Origin: Octopus vulgaris
Lineage: Eukaryota
DNA: 64,000 nt
Assembly: GCA_951406725.2 (NCBI GenBank)
Contig: OX597816.1
Span: forward strand, 138,322,001-138,386,000
Direction of reading: 5' to 3'
The notes under the pieces are model-generated. The model made no database searches. It was not told the origin of the DNA and saw only the letters and a program-made list of their open reading frames with translations. Positions 1 to 14,044 of the stretch are shown piece by piece. The translations under genes were made by a program, and so were the position numbers. Numbering within the stretch: position 1 is the first letter of the stretch; each line of letters opens with the position of its first letter.

Positions 1-1
1 T

Positions 2-181
2 AAAAACAAAATGAAAAGGGCGGATCACATAGGCCATGTAATACTTGAGTTCAAGATGTGGGCTGCTTTTCTGCGGTACTTTACTGAGATGTTCGCGAGA
101 AATGACAAACTGCAGACGGAGGTCTTCGATGTCCGCGTCGATTATTTGTCGCGAGCCTCTGCGTCGGAACAAACGGCATAG
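2..181 (+). CDS. Possible small ORF or terminal coding exon (KNKMKRADHIGHVILEFKMW...ASEQTA*), product unknown
   Basis: Stop-free frame from the window edge to TAG at 179-181; non-repetitive and more GC-rich than its flanks; ATG at 11 in aaacaaaATG context; no recognisable domain. Confidence 0.2.
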   Translation, partial: KNKMKRADHIGHVILEFKMWAAFLRYFTEMFARNDKLQTEVFDVRVDYLSRASASEQTA

Positions 182-448
182 GAATTTGATTCAACTTTTG
201 AAAATAGCGATGATACATTAATTTGAAAGACATGTTGAAGCGTGGTAGTGTTATCCGTCCCGGTTCAGTCGCATAAACTTCAAAAGGCAAGAAAAAGAGA
301 AGACAAACTAACTTGTGATAAATCTCTTGCGCTACTCTAAGTTCTGTGGCTAATTTTACTTTTCATTCTTCAGTAACCGATAAACTAGAATACCAGTGAA
401 GTACTGCGGTTGATTTTATCGAAGCCCTAATCTTAAATTACTCGGCTT

Positions 449-501
<53 letters not shown>

Positions 502-660
502 AGGAAGCAGCATTAGAGGTCATAATAGTTGTTGAATTTTGCTTTAGTTGGTTTTTGAAAGCACCTTCACACAAGAGAACATATACTGTGAATAATCTTT
601 CACTTCTCGTATGTAAAAATGAAGGGAAGGGGAGGGAAGATAGAATGATAGGATGAACTG

Positions 661-719
<59 letters not shown>

Positions 720-1136
720 AAAATAGAAAAACAGATTGGAATAAAGTATCGAGGAATAGAGACGTAAAACAGAGAAGGAGCTCAGAATGTTTAATTATGT
801 TTTGTTGCTTGAAGGTTCATTAGAATTAGTTTAAGGAGTCGAATATATAGATATAATATCAAATAAACTGAGCGATTATAAAATCAAACGACGGAAAATA
901 CGCTATAAAGCAAAATAAAAATGACTGCCTTCAAAATATTGTGCACGTCGTGTTGCTGCCGATGTGTATGGTGACAGCTAAGACTTGCTTATGTCATCTA
1001 AACAGAGCAAAAGTCAAGGAGTTACCAATGACGAGTGCAACTGACAATACTCCTTAAAACGTTGAGAGCTTTTGCTACTATTCAACAAAAGGATACATAT
1101 TCCATGAATACATGCATACATACGCACTTGCACACT

Positions 1137-1230
<94 letters not shown>

Positions 1231-1233
<3 letters not shown>

Positions 1234-1420
1234 CAAAATGGGACAAGAACGCAAAACATCCGGACAACTAGGTGATGCAAAAGGGAACAACAAAACTACC
1301 AGATAGACGATACAAAAAAAAAAGACGGACGGATCATTCGAGGCCTTTTATCTTCAGTCAAGAACCGGATCATCCTCGCAATTTCGGCTGATTAATCTTG
1401 AGATTGCTCCGATCTGGCCA
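1231..1420 (-). mobile_element. Short element abutting a (TA)n tract; further copies at 56460-56590 and 63240-63330
   Basis: All three copies share a minus-strand motif close to GACTGAAGATTAAAGGCTTCGAATG and a pyrimidine-rich tail ending at a microsatellite. Confidence 0.6.
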
Positions 1421-2313
1421 TACTTGAAATCAGAATATCTGAAATAAACTCGACTGCTCTCTCAAACAAGAATACTAAAAATGAACCCGAGCGCTCTCGT
1501 GGTATGTTCTTGAGAACACATTCTTCGTGGTAATGGCGATTTAACGTCTATGTTTAGCATATAGGGTGTCCACTTTAGTGGTCATTACTCTTAATTTTGT
1601 ATATATATATATATATTCGCACATTCATACATACTTATATACATGAATGAATGCATGCATACTCAAGTACATTTGTACCAACATACACATACACACCTAC
1701 ATGTGCACATAGTGTGTACTCATTATATGTGAGTGCGTGTGTCTGTATAGGCACGAATATATGTAAATAGATTTGCGATTAAACATGTGCATGCGTATAT
1801 GTATATAAATGTGTGTGTATATGTGTGTATATATGTGTGTAGGAGTGAATCTGTGTATGTGTATGTAGGTACATATGTACTTAAGTGTACTGGGGTACAT
1901 ATGTACTTCAGTACATATGAACTTCAGTACATATGGACTTCAGTACATATGTACATGAGTAACATATATAAATATATATATATATACATATTTCAGTCAT
2001 TAAACTGCGGCCAAGCTGAGGCACCACACACAAACACACACACACACGTACGTGCGTATATCAAAGTATTAAGTAAAATGCTGAGAACCATAAAATGTAA
2101 AAGGAAAAAAGGAAATCCAAGTCAGTATTGTTTCAGTTATAGTTATTACTTTCATTGTCATCTCTGCTGTGTCTGCTTTATGCTCTTCTTCTTCTTCATC
2201 ATCAGATATTTCTTCACTATATTAAACTGTTTCTGGACGTCACTAAAAAAATAAAAAAAGAACGAAAAAAGATTAGAATGTCTTTTATAATGAAAGCAAA
2301 ACTTTTATTTTAT

Positions 2314-3070
2314 ACTAGCTTAAAAGTCGTACTCCGTGCGGACTTTTGAGCTAGCTCTAGTTAACTGGGCCTGCGGCCTGAAACTAAGGGGGTATAAAAA
2401 AAAATAATAATAAATGCGCCTTTTTAAAGCCTAGCGAGGCTCATGACCCCGTTTTCTGTTGCGCATGTGTTCCCCAGCTGGACGCAACGCCAGTCCATCG
2501 CAGCGTTACTCATTTTTGCCAGCTGAGTGGACTGGAGCAACGTTAAATGAAGTGTTTTGCTCAAGAACTCAACGCGTCGCCCGGTCAAGGAATCGAAACC
2601 ACAATCTTACGATCATGATGCTGACATCCTAACTACTAAGCCACGCGCCTCCACAAGGGGGTATAAATAGCATTACTATAATACGTCTATTATGTCTATA
2701 TGCCCTGGTGGTGTTTCAACAGAGGTTAAGGATGGATGAAAATTAGTTCGGTAATGTAATCATTCTATCATTCCAGTCCCAAGTTGAATTCCAACTGTCG
2801 GCCAATTTGTCCCAAAGTTCTTATGTCAACGAAGCAAAAGCCATTTATCTCTCCATTGATCTCTGACGTCACCTGACAAGCACCACCTAGATGGTGTGAA
2901 TCAGCCAAGCTTTACCAGCTAGAAATAACAACCCAAGTGCTTTTAAATCGAATCCCAATGCTGGATGTTCAAGAACCAAATGGCGAGCAGATTTTCAATC
3001 CTGGGATCATCCTGATTCCAAAAAGGTACAAATCAGGAATCTCAGACGGACAGACAGAATTTCGCTTTTA
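2314..3070 (-). mobile_element. Non-autonomous Helitron-like element interrupted by a SINE
   Basis: ACTAG end with adjacent hairpin AAAAGTCG...GGACTTTT; (CAGA)n and TTTTATTATTA at the other end. Confidence 0.45.
2399..2654 (-). mobile_element. tRNA-derived SINE (family C) with 13-bp TSD
   Basis: Minus-strand A/B-box head (TGGCTTAGTAG...GGTTTCGATTCC); TSD AAGGGGGTATAAA at 2386-2398 and 2655-2667. Confidence 0.85.
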
Positions 3071-3445
3071 TTATTACCTCCACTTTAGCGAAGGCGGAGG
3101 TATTGTTTTCAATCGCGTTTGTTTGCTTGTTTGTTTGTCCGTGGACAAGATATCTTAATAACCGCTTGATGGATTCGGATGAAACTTTCAGGGATGTTTG
3201 GCCTCGTGACTGGCATCAACTGATTAGATTTTGGTAATTCATCGGGTACGGACAAGAAATATGGACTATTTTTCCAGTTTTTTTTTTTTTTTTTACTTAA
3301 TTTTTGAGAGTGGTCGGGTTCATTTTTAGTATTCTTGTTTGAGAGAGCAGTCGAGTTTATTTCAGATATTCTCATTTTAAAAATCATCGCCGGCTAATCG
3401 TTGAGAGGATGTCGGTGTTGCTTTGGTGGAGGTTTGCGCCCTTAT
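3071..3445 (+). mobile_element. DINE-1-like/Helentron-associated non-autonomous element; inverted fragment at 1425-1490
   Basis: TTATTACCTCC...GGAGG subterminal inverted repeat, (GTTT)n tract, GGATTCGGATGAAACTT block and a second TGGTGGAGG repeat near the 3' end. Confidence 0.6.
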
Positions 3446-3761
3446 TATATATGAAACTTTCTGTGGTGATAATTGCCAGAAAAGTATGTGAATTAGCAAA
3501 ACCAGAACCAAATGCAGCAAAATACCTTTGTTTATTCCAGTGGGGTTATACATCCACACAGACGCGCGCACACACAGAGGAGCGAGTTTTGGTAATTATG
3601 ATAAATCATTTAGAGGCAGAGATAATTTTTAATGAATCAAGAATTTATATGGTATGGTATTGGATGTTCCTGTATCTGCCTGTCTATATAATTTATAAAC
3701 ATGCAACTGGCCGTTAAGAGTAACTTCCTCGTAGACCATTTTGTTTATATATACACATATA

Positions 3762-4347
3762 CAGGCACATGCGTAACTGTGTGGTCAGAAGCTTGCTTCT
3801 CAACCACACGGTTCTAGATTTAGTCACACTGCATGGTATCTTTGGCAAGTGTCTTCTACTATAGCCTCGAGCTGACCAAAGCCTTGTGGGTGGAGATTTA
3901 GTAGACGTAAATCGAAGGAATTCTGTCGTTTAAATACCCTTCCCATAAATATATATATAAACAACTTATAAACAAGGGCAAAAGAAAAAATTCTAATGCC
4001 AAATATGCCGAAAATAGACAAAATGTCAATAACCATATAATTTAACACTATAAACACGCGTTTCGAAGCAAGCCGACAGAAATTTCTAAAAAAATTCCGT
4101 TATTATCGTATCGGTCCCAATTTCAGAGCTAATTTATAAAAATTTTCTCCTCGTCACCTACGTAAGACATAAATGAAATACTTACTCATACCCACGGAAG
4201 AAGGAAGCACTAAGTCATGAGCATTAGAATTTTTTTTCTTTTGCCCTTGTTTATAAGTTGTTTATAAATTTAACCTTTAAAAGGTATTTTTTAATATGCT
4301 GGCCATTGATAAACTTTTCTTCGAAAAATTTTATCCTATATTAGATG

Positions 4348-4427
<80 letters not shown>

Positions 4428-4680
4428 CATGTATATGTCTATGTGTGTGGTGTTAGTGTGTCTATGTGTCTTTGTGCCCGTGTGTGTCCAGCCTACCACC
4501 ACCGTTTGACTACCGGTATTGTTGTGTTTATGTCCTCGTAACTCAATGGTTCGGCAAAAGAGACCGGTAACAGGATTTTTTTAAAAATTAGTAGTGTAAT
4601 CGACTTGTTCTACCAGAATGTTTTCGAGCTGGTGCCCCAGCATAGCCACAGGCTAAGGATTGAAGTCAAAGAATAAAGGA
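3762..4680 (+). mobile_element. tRNA-derived SINE (family A) split by an insertion at its internal microsatellite
   Basis: 5' half (3762-3930) and 3' half (4440-4680) match the intact copies at 15567-15962 and 39081-39482. Confidence 0.75.
3956..4345. mobile_element. Penelope-like short element with a fold-back segment; same family as 8465-8998
   Basis: Inverted repeat 3956-3999 / 4221-4266; tail TAATATGCTGGCCA...TTTTATCCTATATTAGA shared with 8950-8998; degenerate hammerhead-like pieces (minus GAAACGCGTGTT). Confidence 0.6.
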
Positions 4681-4844
4681 ATGTGTAGTGTGTGTGTGTG
4701 TGTGTGTGTGTGTAAGTATGGGTACAGCACCCACGACTTGTTTGCAATTGTTAGGCTATTGAATCAGTCATGTACTTGACTGGTACTTTAAGGTTGTAGG
4801 TTGATAAAATAGGTTATAATATTCTTTAGCTGTTTCGTTGTAGA

Positions 4845-6020
4845 AACGTCAGCTCATCGGGCAAAATGCCTAGCGACATTTTTTCCGGATTTGTACGATG
4901 TGAGTTCGAATTCTGTCGAGGTAGACCTTGGGTTTCATTCTTCGGGGTATCATGAAATAATTTCCAGTTGATCGACGTTTTTTCTCCTCCAAATTGCTGG
5001 CCTTATGTCAAAATTTGAAGCCATTATTGTTATTATCATTTACGGCGGTGAGCTAGCAGAAACGTTAGCACGCCGGGCAAAATGCGTAGCCGTATTTCGT
5101 CAGCCGTTACGTTCTGAGTTCAAATTTCGCCGAGGTCGACTTTGCCTTTCATCCTTTCTGGGTCGATAAATTAAGTACCAGTTACGCACTGAGGTCGATG
5201 TAATCGACTTAATCCGTTTGTCTGTCCTTGTCTGTCCTTGTTTGTCCCCTCTGTGTTTAGCTCCTTGTGGGTAGTAAAGAAATAGTTATTTCGTCTGCCG
5301 CTACGTTCTGAGTTCAAATTCCGCCGAGGTAGACTTTGCCTTTCATCCTTTCGGGGTCGATTAAATAAGTACCAGCTACGCACTGGGGTCGATGTAATCG
5401 ATTTAATCCGTTTGTCTGTCCTTGTTTGTCTTCTTTGTGTTTAGCCCCTTGTGGGTAGTAAAGAAATAGGTATTTCGTCTGCCGCTACGTTCTGAGTTCA
5501 AATTCTGCCGAGGTAGACTTTGCCTTTCATCCTTTCGGGATCGATTAAATAAGTACCAGCTACGCACTGGGGTCGATATAATCGACTTAATTTGTCTTCT
5601 TTGCCCCCTCTGTGTTTAGCCCCTTGTGGGTAGTAAAGAAATAGGTATTTCGTCTGTCTTTATGTTCTGAGTTCAAATTCCGCCGAGGTCAACTTTTTGC
5701 CTTTCATCCTTCCGGAGTCGAGAAATTAAGCACCGGTTGCATACTGAGGTCGATCTAATCGACTGGCACCCTCCCGCAAAATTTCAGGCCTTGTGCCTAG
5801 TGTAGAAAAGGTTATTTAAGGCGGCGAGCTGATACAATCGTTAGCATGCTGGACGAAATGCGCAACGGTGTTTCACCCGTCGCTACGATCTGTGTTTAAA
5901 TTCCGCCGAGGTCGACTTTGCTTTTCATCCTTTCGGGGTCGATAAATTAAGTACCAGTCGCATGCAAGGGTCGATCTAATTGACTGACCCCACTCCCCAA
6001 AAGTTTCAGACAGAAAGGAT
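4845..6020 (+). repeat. Tandem array of SINE family B, about 180-bp internal units
   Basis: Repeated GTTCTGAGTTCAAATTCCGCCGAGGTCGACTTTGCCTTTCATCCTTTCGGGGTCGAT...AAGTACCAG; the central block resembles the Meta-SINE conserved domain. Confidence 0.85.
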
Positions 6021-6129
6021 TATTATTATTATTAGGAGTAGTAGTTGTTGTTGAAATAGTAGCAGTACGAGTGAACTCGTATTTGGTATATTTTTGTTGG
6101 CGATGTACTTAACGAGTATAACTATATGG

Positions 6130-6186
<57 letters not shown>

Positions 6187-6614
6187 AGTATTTATTATCA
6201 TGTATGTATATAGATATGAATGTGTGTACGTTTAAGTGGGTATTTGTATGTGTGTATAACAACAACAACGACAAGGGATAACTACGTAAGATGTTTCAAG
6301 CGTATAGCAAAACGTCGTCACAAATTTTCGCCGGTCACAAATAAAATGATGCTAAATACAAAACGACAGAAGTAAAATTGATGACCGATCGCCAAATTAG
6401 TGAGTCAACTTTCTACTATTTAAAAAAAATTTCTTACACGTTATTCTTATTCCAGAGACATATTAACCATCAGAGCCAGAGGTTATTCGAGTTAATTGAT
6501 TTAAGCATTTAAGTGTTATCACATGTATATCGAAACCCGGTTGAGGTCCAGCAATTTCGAGTAATACACACACACGAAAAAACAAAAAAAGAGAAGCAAT
6601 CTAGGAAATACAAA

Positions 6615-7125
6615 TATGGGTTTCAAGGTTTGGCACGAGGCCGGAAGTTTCAGGGCTAGAGGCTAAGTCGATTACATCGATCCTTCCCGCCTTAATTTAT
6701 CGACTCCGAAAGGATAAAACGTGAAGTTGACCCCGGTGGCATTTAAATTCAGAACGTGAAGATAGACGAAAAATCGCTAAGCATTTCGACCGGCGTGCCA
6801 AGGATTCTACCAGCTCGCCGCTTTAATAATAATAATCGTTTCTACTAAAGGCTAGCCATTTCGGGGAAGGGGATAGGTCGATTGCATTGACCCCAGGGCT
6901 CAACTGGAACTTCTTCCATCGATTCGGAAAGGAAGAAAGGCAAAGTTGACCACGGCAAAATTTAAACTCGGAACGTAGTGACGGTTGGAATACCGCTAAT
7001 AATAATTATAATTCTCTCTACGAAAGGCACAAGGCCTGAAATTTGCAGGGAAAGGACTGGTCGATTACATTGACCCCAGTGTTTCACTGGTACTTAATTT
7101 ATCGATTCTGCCGGCACGCCGCCTT
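6615..7125 (-). repeat. Diverged SINE family B cluster
   Basis: Reverse-complement matches to the family B core. Confidence 0.75.
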
Positions 7126-7800
7126 AACAACAACAATAACAACAAGAATCTTTGAATATATAATCGAAGGTGGCATGATGAAATTGTATCATAGATTCGT
7201 TATATGCAAAATTTTTAGGTTGACTGTGCAAGAAATTCTACACAAATATCACCAATATATTATAAAGTATTGAAGTTATTTGAATCGATTAAGTTGAAAA
7301 TTATAAATGTATAAGAGAAAAAAATAGAGAGAAAATAAATCTTATTATAAATGATATTTCAATATATTGATAATGACTGAATATAATTTAGAAATATGAG
7401 ATTGCTAAACACAATTTTTAGTTTTTCTTTTTATGCACTATATAATATACGTGTAAAAGAAGTACGTGAAAAATACGCTCGCTATTCAGTCTTTGTTATT
7501 GTTTTTTTTCATGGCTAACATTTGACAAATATATTGACTATTCATTTTAGGATGATTGCAGCAGCAAAGCTGATGCAGCTTAGAAGTACTTTCTAAAGTC
7601 ATATCTAGTGTTTTGTTGGGGTACTGCTTTAAAAAGTTTAGTCGAAGTACTAGCCATGAAAATTTGTGGTCCTTTCTGACGAGAGGTCTGACAATGGAAT
7701 CGATTAGTTGTGGATATGTTTCGATGTCGCGAGCGCATATTTGTGATGTACAGAGGAGCTTATTCTAGTGTATGTATACATACACACACACACACATACA

Positions 7801-7838
<38 letters not shown>

Positions 7839-7945
7839 CGAAGGGTGTATGAAAAGTCTTGAACTTCAAAAAAACAAAACATGATACAAGACTTCTGATG
7901 AAGGCACAAGAATTCAAGGCTCAAAACTTTTCATACACCCCCTCG
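7839..7945. mobile_element. mariner-derived MITE
   Basis: TIRs CGAAGGGTGTATGAAAAGT / ACTTTTCATACACCCCCTCG. Confidence 0.65.
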
Positions 7946-8065
7946 TTTATATGAAATTAAGTGTTTTGATCAAGAATACAGCTCATCGCCCAGTTCAGCA
8001 ATCGCTACCATAATCTTATGATGATCACTAGTGCAACACTCCAACTATTATGCCATGCACCTCCA

Positions 8066-8464
<399 letters not shown>

Positions 8465-8998
8465 CTGAGAAATAGATTTTAAATCGTCAATCACCACATA
8501 TAATATATATCCTATATTAAAAATAAATTTATTACCATTCACTTCGGGACTGGTGACCATACTAAGTTGTGGTTCCTGACCGATTACACGTGTGCTGAGT
8601 CTCGCTACGGAATTTATATTTAGATATATCTGGGGTACTTTTGTGTACACATGAATTTTGCTTCTGCTTTTTTTCCATGGGTGCTTGTAAGTATTTCATT
8701 TATTTCCTGTCGTATTCTCTGTTGATCAGGTGAAAAATCCATTGGATTAATCCCGAAATTGATCAATACAGAAATAACGCATTAAAAAAAATTCTGCTAG
8801 CTTGCTTTCCTCGATTCTGAACGATGTGTATTTTATAGCGATGTATATTGTATGCGGTTATTGACGATTTAAAGTCTATTTCTCAGGATATTGGCATCGA
8901 CTTTTTTTCTTTTGCTCTTATTTATAATTGCCTATAATTTTCACCTTAAATGAATTTTAATATGCTGGCCACTTAATGAATTTTTTATCCTATATTAG
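8465..8998 (+). mobile_element. Penelope-like short element with a 5' inverted segment, between microsatellites
   Basis: Imperfect 46-bp inverted repeat 8465-8510 / 8841-8886; body alignable to the minus strand of 3956-4220 (shared GTAAGTATTTCATTTAT). Confidence 0.6.
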
Positions 8999-8999
8999 A

Positions 9000-9046
<47 letters not shown>

Positions 9047-9238
9047 ATCAGGGACGATGGTCAGTGAGAAAATCAGAAAAACGGGAAAAGACGTGAAGAG
9101 AGTTGGTGCAAAAAATGGTACGAGAAAAGAGGAACGAAACCAAGAATTACGATCCACGACCTCCCTGATTGCAGAAAGCTCATTAAATACAATTGGTTTA
9201 GAATACAATAACAGAAAATATGTCTATGTCTGCAAGAC

Positions 9239-9570
9239 TCAATCCGGAGCAGGTGGTGTCCTCCAATTCGACAAAAGAAACCTGTCCATATGTCTACACC
9301 TACTAAAAAATTTCAGATCTCGAATTAAGCAGTGTGTTACAATTGGTGGATTGAAGATGAAGAAGAATACGAGATCTTTCTGCTACGAATAAATAGCCTT
9401 TCTTTGATCCATTAACATATGGTCTCGATGTTGCTACTATTCCCAACTTAATTTATGTAGTGTGGAGCTGCTTTTCATATTCTATACTATGTGTCTGAAA
9501 GAATATAAGTGGTTTGCATAACGTATCTTGAATTCGCCCTCAAATAACCCTATGTAATTCTTTTTTTAGT
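9239..9570 (-). pseudogene. Decayed GIY-YIG endonuclease C-terminus of a Penelope-like retroelement (Naiad-like)
   Basis: Manual translation with frameshifts: NYIGLFEGEFKIRYANHLYSFRH ... IVATSRPYVNGSKKGYLFVAE ... LLNSRSEIFSRCRHMDRFLLSNW; fits the YIG-x-TE-x-FK-x-RY-x-NH and LN-x-RSE-xxx-CRH pattern. Confidence 0.8.
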
Positions 9571-10012
9571 TAATTTGTCTTAGAGTGTATGTATGTATAT
9601 ATTTGTGTTTGTGTGTATGTGTGTGTGTGTGCGTGTGTATGTGTATTTTATATATGTATACATGACGGGCTTCTTTTAGTTTTCGCCTACGAAATCCACT
9701 CACAAGGCTTTGGTCCAGCAGGGGTTATAGCAGAAGACACTTAAGCCACATGGTCGAGAAGCACGCTTCATAACCACACAGCCAAGCCAAGCCTATATAT
9801 AATAAACTGACTCTGATAATATGAAATGTAAAATTATCTTCTTCAAAGAAGAATTTTCATTGATAAAAATATTACTACACGTACCTGATACTTGGGCTGA
9901 GAATTCTGTTGATTTCGTATCTCTGAATGTTTCCAAGGTCTTACTGTTTCATATGAACCAGATTCTCGAAAAATAACCATAAAGCACTGTACTGTTTAAG
10001 TTATCAATTCCT

Positions 10013-10792
10013 TTACGCTAAAGATTCAATGTCAAGTGGCTCTAACTTCCTAATGTGGAATGGAAGCGGTTTATGGAAACGACTTTTATTCCAGAAGAAA
10101 CCGAAAGTATATGGCTGGGTAAAAATGTCTTCGTCTTCAGCAGCTAATTTAGGGATAGAAATTTTTGTTCTAAATTTGCTGGCATCAAGCGGTCTGATAG
10201 CGCGTAATTCAACCGCCAAAGCCGGTTTCAGATCTATGAGTTCTGTTATAAGTTCATCTTTAATTACTTGAATTTCATCCGAATGTATAAGTTTCAGATC
10301 TCGTTTGAGTTTTTCGAATAAACAACTATCCTTGCCGCCGTAGTTTCTCTCAGTTCCCGCAATCTTTTCCATAAGTTCATTTTTGTTATATTTTGTAATG
10401 GATCGATGTTCGTAGATTGAAACGAAACCATCTGTTAGTTTTTCATTCTTGTTAAGCCTTGCAAGCTTAGTAATTCGATCCATCTGACTTCTTCTAGTGA
10501 ATTTGCAGAAAAAGAACCATCGAAAAATAATATTCTCAGGGGTACGAAACAGAGTTGAGAAACGCTTCAAAATTCGGTGAAATTTGGGATCCATCAACTC
10601 TTCTTTGATTTCTTTCAATCTCCAATAGACATATTTTTGGTTGGCGATATCTTGTTCAACTTCACGTCTGTTTTCTTCGGGAAATAATCCATTGATGGCC
10701 AAGATGTCAGTTAAAGGGCCACGAGTTTTGTAGAGCTGCTTACGCCTTGTACCTTGTATAATTATATAGGACATACTTTCAATTATCATCAT
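10013..10792 (-). CDS. Uncharacterised protein ORF of about 259 aa from the first ATG; single long exon or intronless gene
   Basis: The only long non-repetitive ORF in the window; stop-free for more than 780 nt in AT-rich DNA with globular-protein composition; the track start at 10798 is a TTG. Confidence 0.65.
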   Translation of the reverse strand: MMIIESMSYIIIQGTRRKQLYKTRGPLTDILAINGLFPEENRREVEQDIANQKYVYWRLKEIKEELMDPKFHRILKRFSTLFRTPENIIFRWFFFCKFTRRSQMDRITKLARLNKNEKLTDGFVSIYEHRSITKYNKNELMEKIAGTERNYGGKDSCLFEKLKRDLKLIHSDEIQVIKDELITELIDLKPALAVELRAIRPLDASKFRTKISIPKLAAEDEDIFTQPYTFGFFWNKSRFHKPLPFHIRKLEPLDIESLA

Positions 10793-10824
10793 AATCAAAA
10801 TAACAATAATGCAATATGCTGCTG

Positions 10825-11610
<786 letters not shown>

Positions 11611-13693
11611 ATGCTAATGACAACAACAATAATTCTTTTTATCATTTCTACGCGGACCATTTTAGTACATATTTCAACAACACGAATGTCACAGAAATGC
11701 GGGGAGATGGACAAAGCCATATAAACCATGGTGTGGGTTGGAACTTTGGTTATTATACAACAATATTTTAAGGACATTTTAAAGATTTAATATAAATTAA
11801 ACACATTGAAAAATAGATACCCTTCTATAACACCATATTTTAAAAATTAATAGTAACACCGTTCTCATTATCGCCACCGTAACGTTGAGTGAGTGACATT
11901 ACAAAACGAATTATATCAAGTATAAAGACAATCCTGAAAAACAACAAAAAGGAATATACAAAGAAATAAAATATATTACCATGAAATGGTCTCTATAGGT
12001 TGAACCCCTGCCTGTCGCCTATTAGACAACCTGCCATGAATCTCAGATGTCTTCGACAACGAAAATTAAGTGCCCACCTCCATTATTCGGTAGATAGCCT
12101 ACAGTAGCATATCAAGGCAAATCCTATCCACCCATATCAAGTAGGTCGCTCTCCCCACGCCGATTCTCTACATTTTACTTCGAACTTAAGAGATACATGC
12201 AAAGCTTGAGGTTCTTAGTCTACCACATTACCTCTTTCATCATTGCAACTAAGTAGAAGAAACTACCAGTTTCTCTGTATCAACGAAAACGTCCTTGCTA
12301 GAACAAGATCACAATACCTCCAGGACGGACTCTGCTGACAGTGATATCCATTCTAGTTGCGAGAATGGCTTTTGGATATAACTGCACAAGTTATCGATAA
12401 CCTAACATTGAATGGATGCATGGTGATCGGATTTCCTAACGTTGGTATTAGATTGACATTTTACCCCTGGAATCCGTCTTTTCTATAAGAAATGGAAAGG
12501 TAGAGGACCGGATCTGGTCAGAGGTAAAATGGAAAAAGACAAACGGTTAGCAATAGCTTTCGCTCAGCTTATTTCTGTGTGAGACTGATCACAATATTTG
12601 TAGTCTCTTCCTATTTCATATCACTTGAACATTTGGATAAAAGCATACTGCAAGAAACTTAGGCGGACACTCGGCTCAACCAATGATGCTGACCTCTATG
12701 GAGTAGCGTCTCTAACAATCGAGTTAAAGGTCTCAAGTCTTGTTCATATTAAAGATTGCTCCCATTAACAATTTGATTTCTCTCAGTGTCGTGCTAACTA
12801 CTGCTAACCACTTTGATTTCAGATTTTCTAGAACATAAGAGTAACAATGACTATTTAGACATAATATTTATGTGTTCAGTACTAGTAAATGCCCTTCAGC
12901 ATATTTGTATTCCGCAGCAGTGTTTCTCGGACCTAAATGTGCAGAAACAAGGAAATGAAGCACCTGATATAATCATCTACACCGCTCAAATATTAGACAC
13001 CGTAATACAAAATGCATCCAACCTCTTTCAGGAGTTGGTTAGTTATGACAGCTGCAAGATAATGATAGTCGATCTACTTTTAGTAAAACCTTAGTGAAGC
13101 CAGATTTGTTATCAGGCTCTTATACGAAGTATCATACCAAGCAAAGTTTGTCTTGGATTCACCTATTGCAAATCGCGCAGGTTTTTGCAGCATCGGCAAT
13201 ACAACTTACCATATGATGATAAAATGGACCAAATGGAGTACAAAGTAACAATACTTCAACAATAGAAAATAAGAAGTCTTTTCTCCAAACCATTACAGTA
13301 TCGGATTTTAATCTTACTTTAAACAATTTCAGAACTGCGAACGACTGGATATTAACAACATCCTAATACCATGAATGTTAACAATATCCATTATTTTTTA
13401 TGCTTGTCGTTTGGTATACTTTACTTCTAAGCAAATGATCCTTTAACACTCTTAATCCAGACCAGATGCTTAGATGGCTCCTTGCTTATAGGACAACGAC
13501 GACTGCAAGAAAGATAAATGAAGGAACTTTCTTAATATCGTCCCAGCATTTGTCTGCCAGTAATCTACAAGCTGTTCTCCAAAGTAATTTCCAATTAGAT
13601 GAATAAACATTTGCTAAATTACAATATAGTTCCAGTAAAGCAGAAAAGGATTTTGTCCAGGTCCTCCAGAACAATCAACCAGTTCCTTGTTAG

Positions 13694-13965
13694 TAAATAA
13701 GTACCAGTTACGCACTGGGGTCGATATAATCGACTTAATCCGTTTGCCTGTCCTTGTTTGTCCCTTCTGTGTTTGGCCCCTAGTGGGTAGTAAAGAAATA
13801 GGTATTTCGACTGTCTTTACGTTCTGAGTTCAAATTCTGCTGAGGTCGACTTTGCCTTTCATCATTTCGGGCTCGATAAATTAAGTACCAGTCGCATACT
13901 GGGATCAATCTAATCGACTGTCCCCCTCCCCCAAAATTTCGAGTCTTGTGCTTAGAGTATAAGAG
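13694..13965 (+). repeat. SINE family B units followed by (ATT)n
   Basis: Family B core match. Confidence 0.8.
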
Positions 13966-13969
13966 AAAG

Positions 13970-14044
<75 letters not shown>

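Noticed and set aside
4845-6020. Regularly spaced repeats resembling a CRISPR array
   Set aside because: Units are whole SINE-derived tandem copies of about 180 bp with no unique spacers; eukaryotic context and no cas genes
9140-9200. Possible SECIS (ATGA...AA...GA) downstream of the Penelope-like endonuclease relic
   Set aside because: Spacing is too short and the helix is poor; no in-frame UGA at the cysteine positions of this copy
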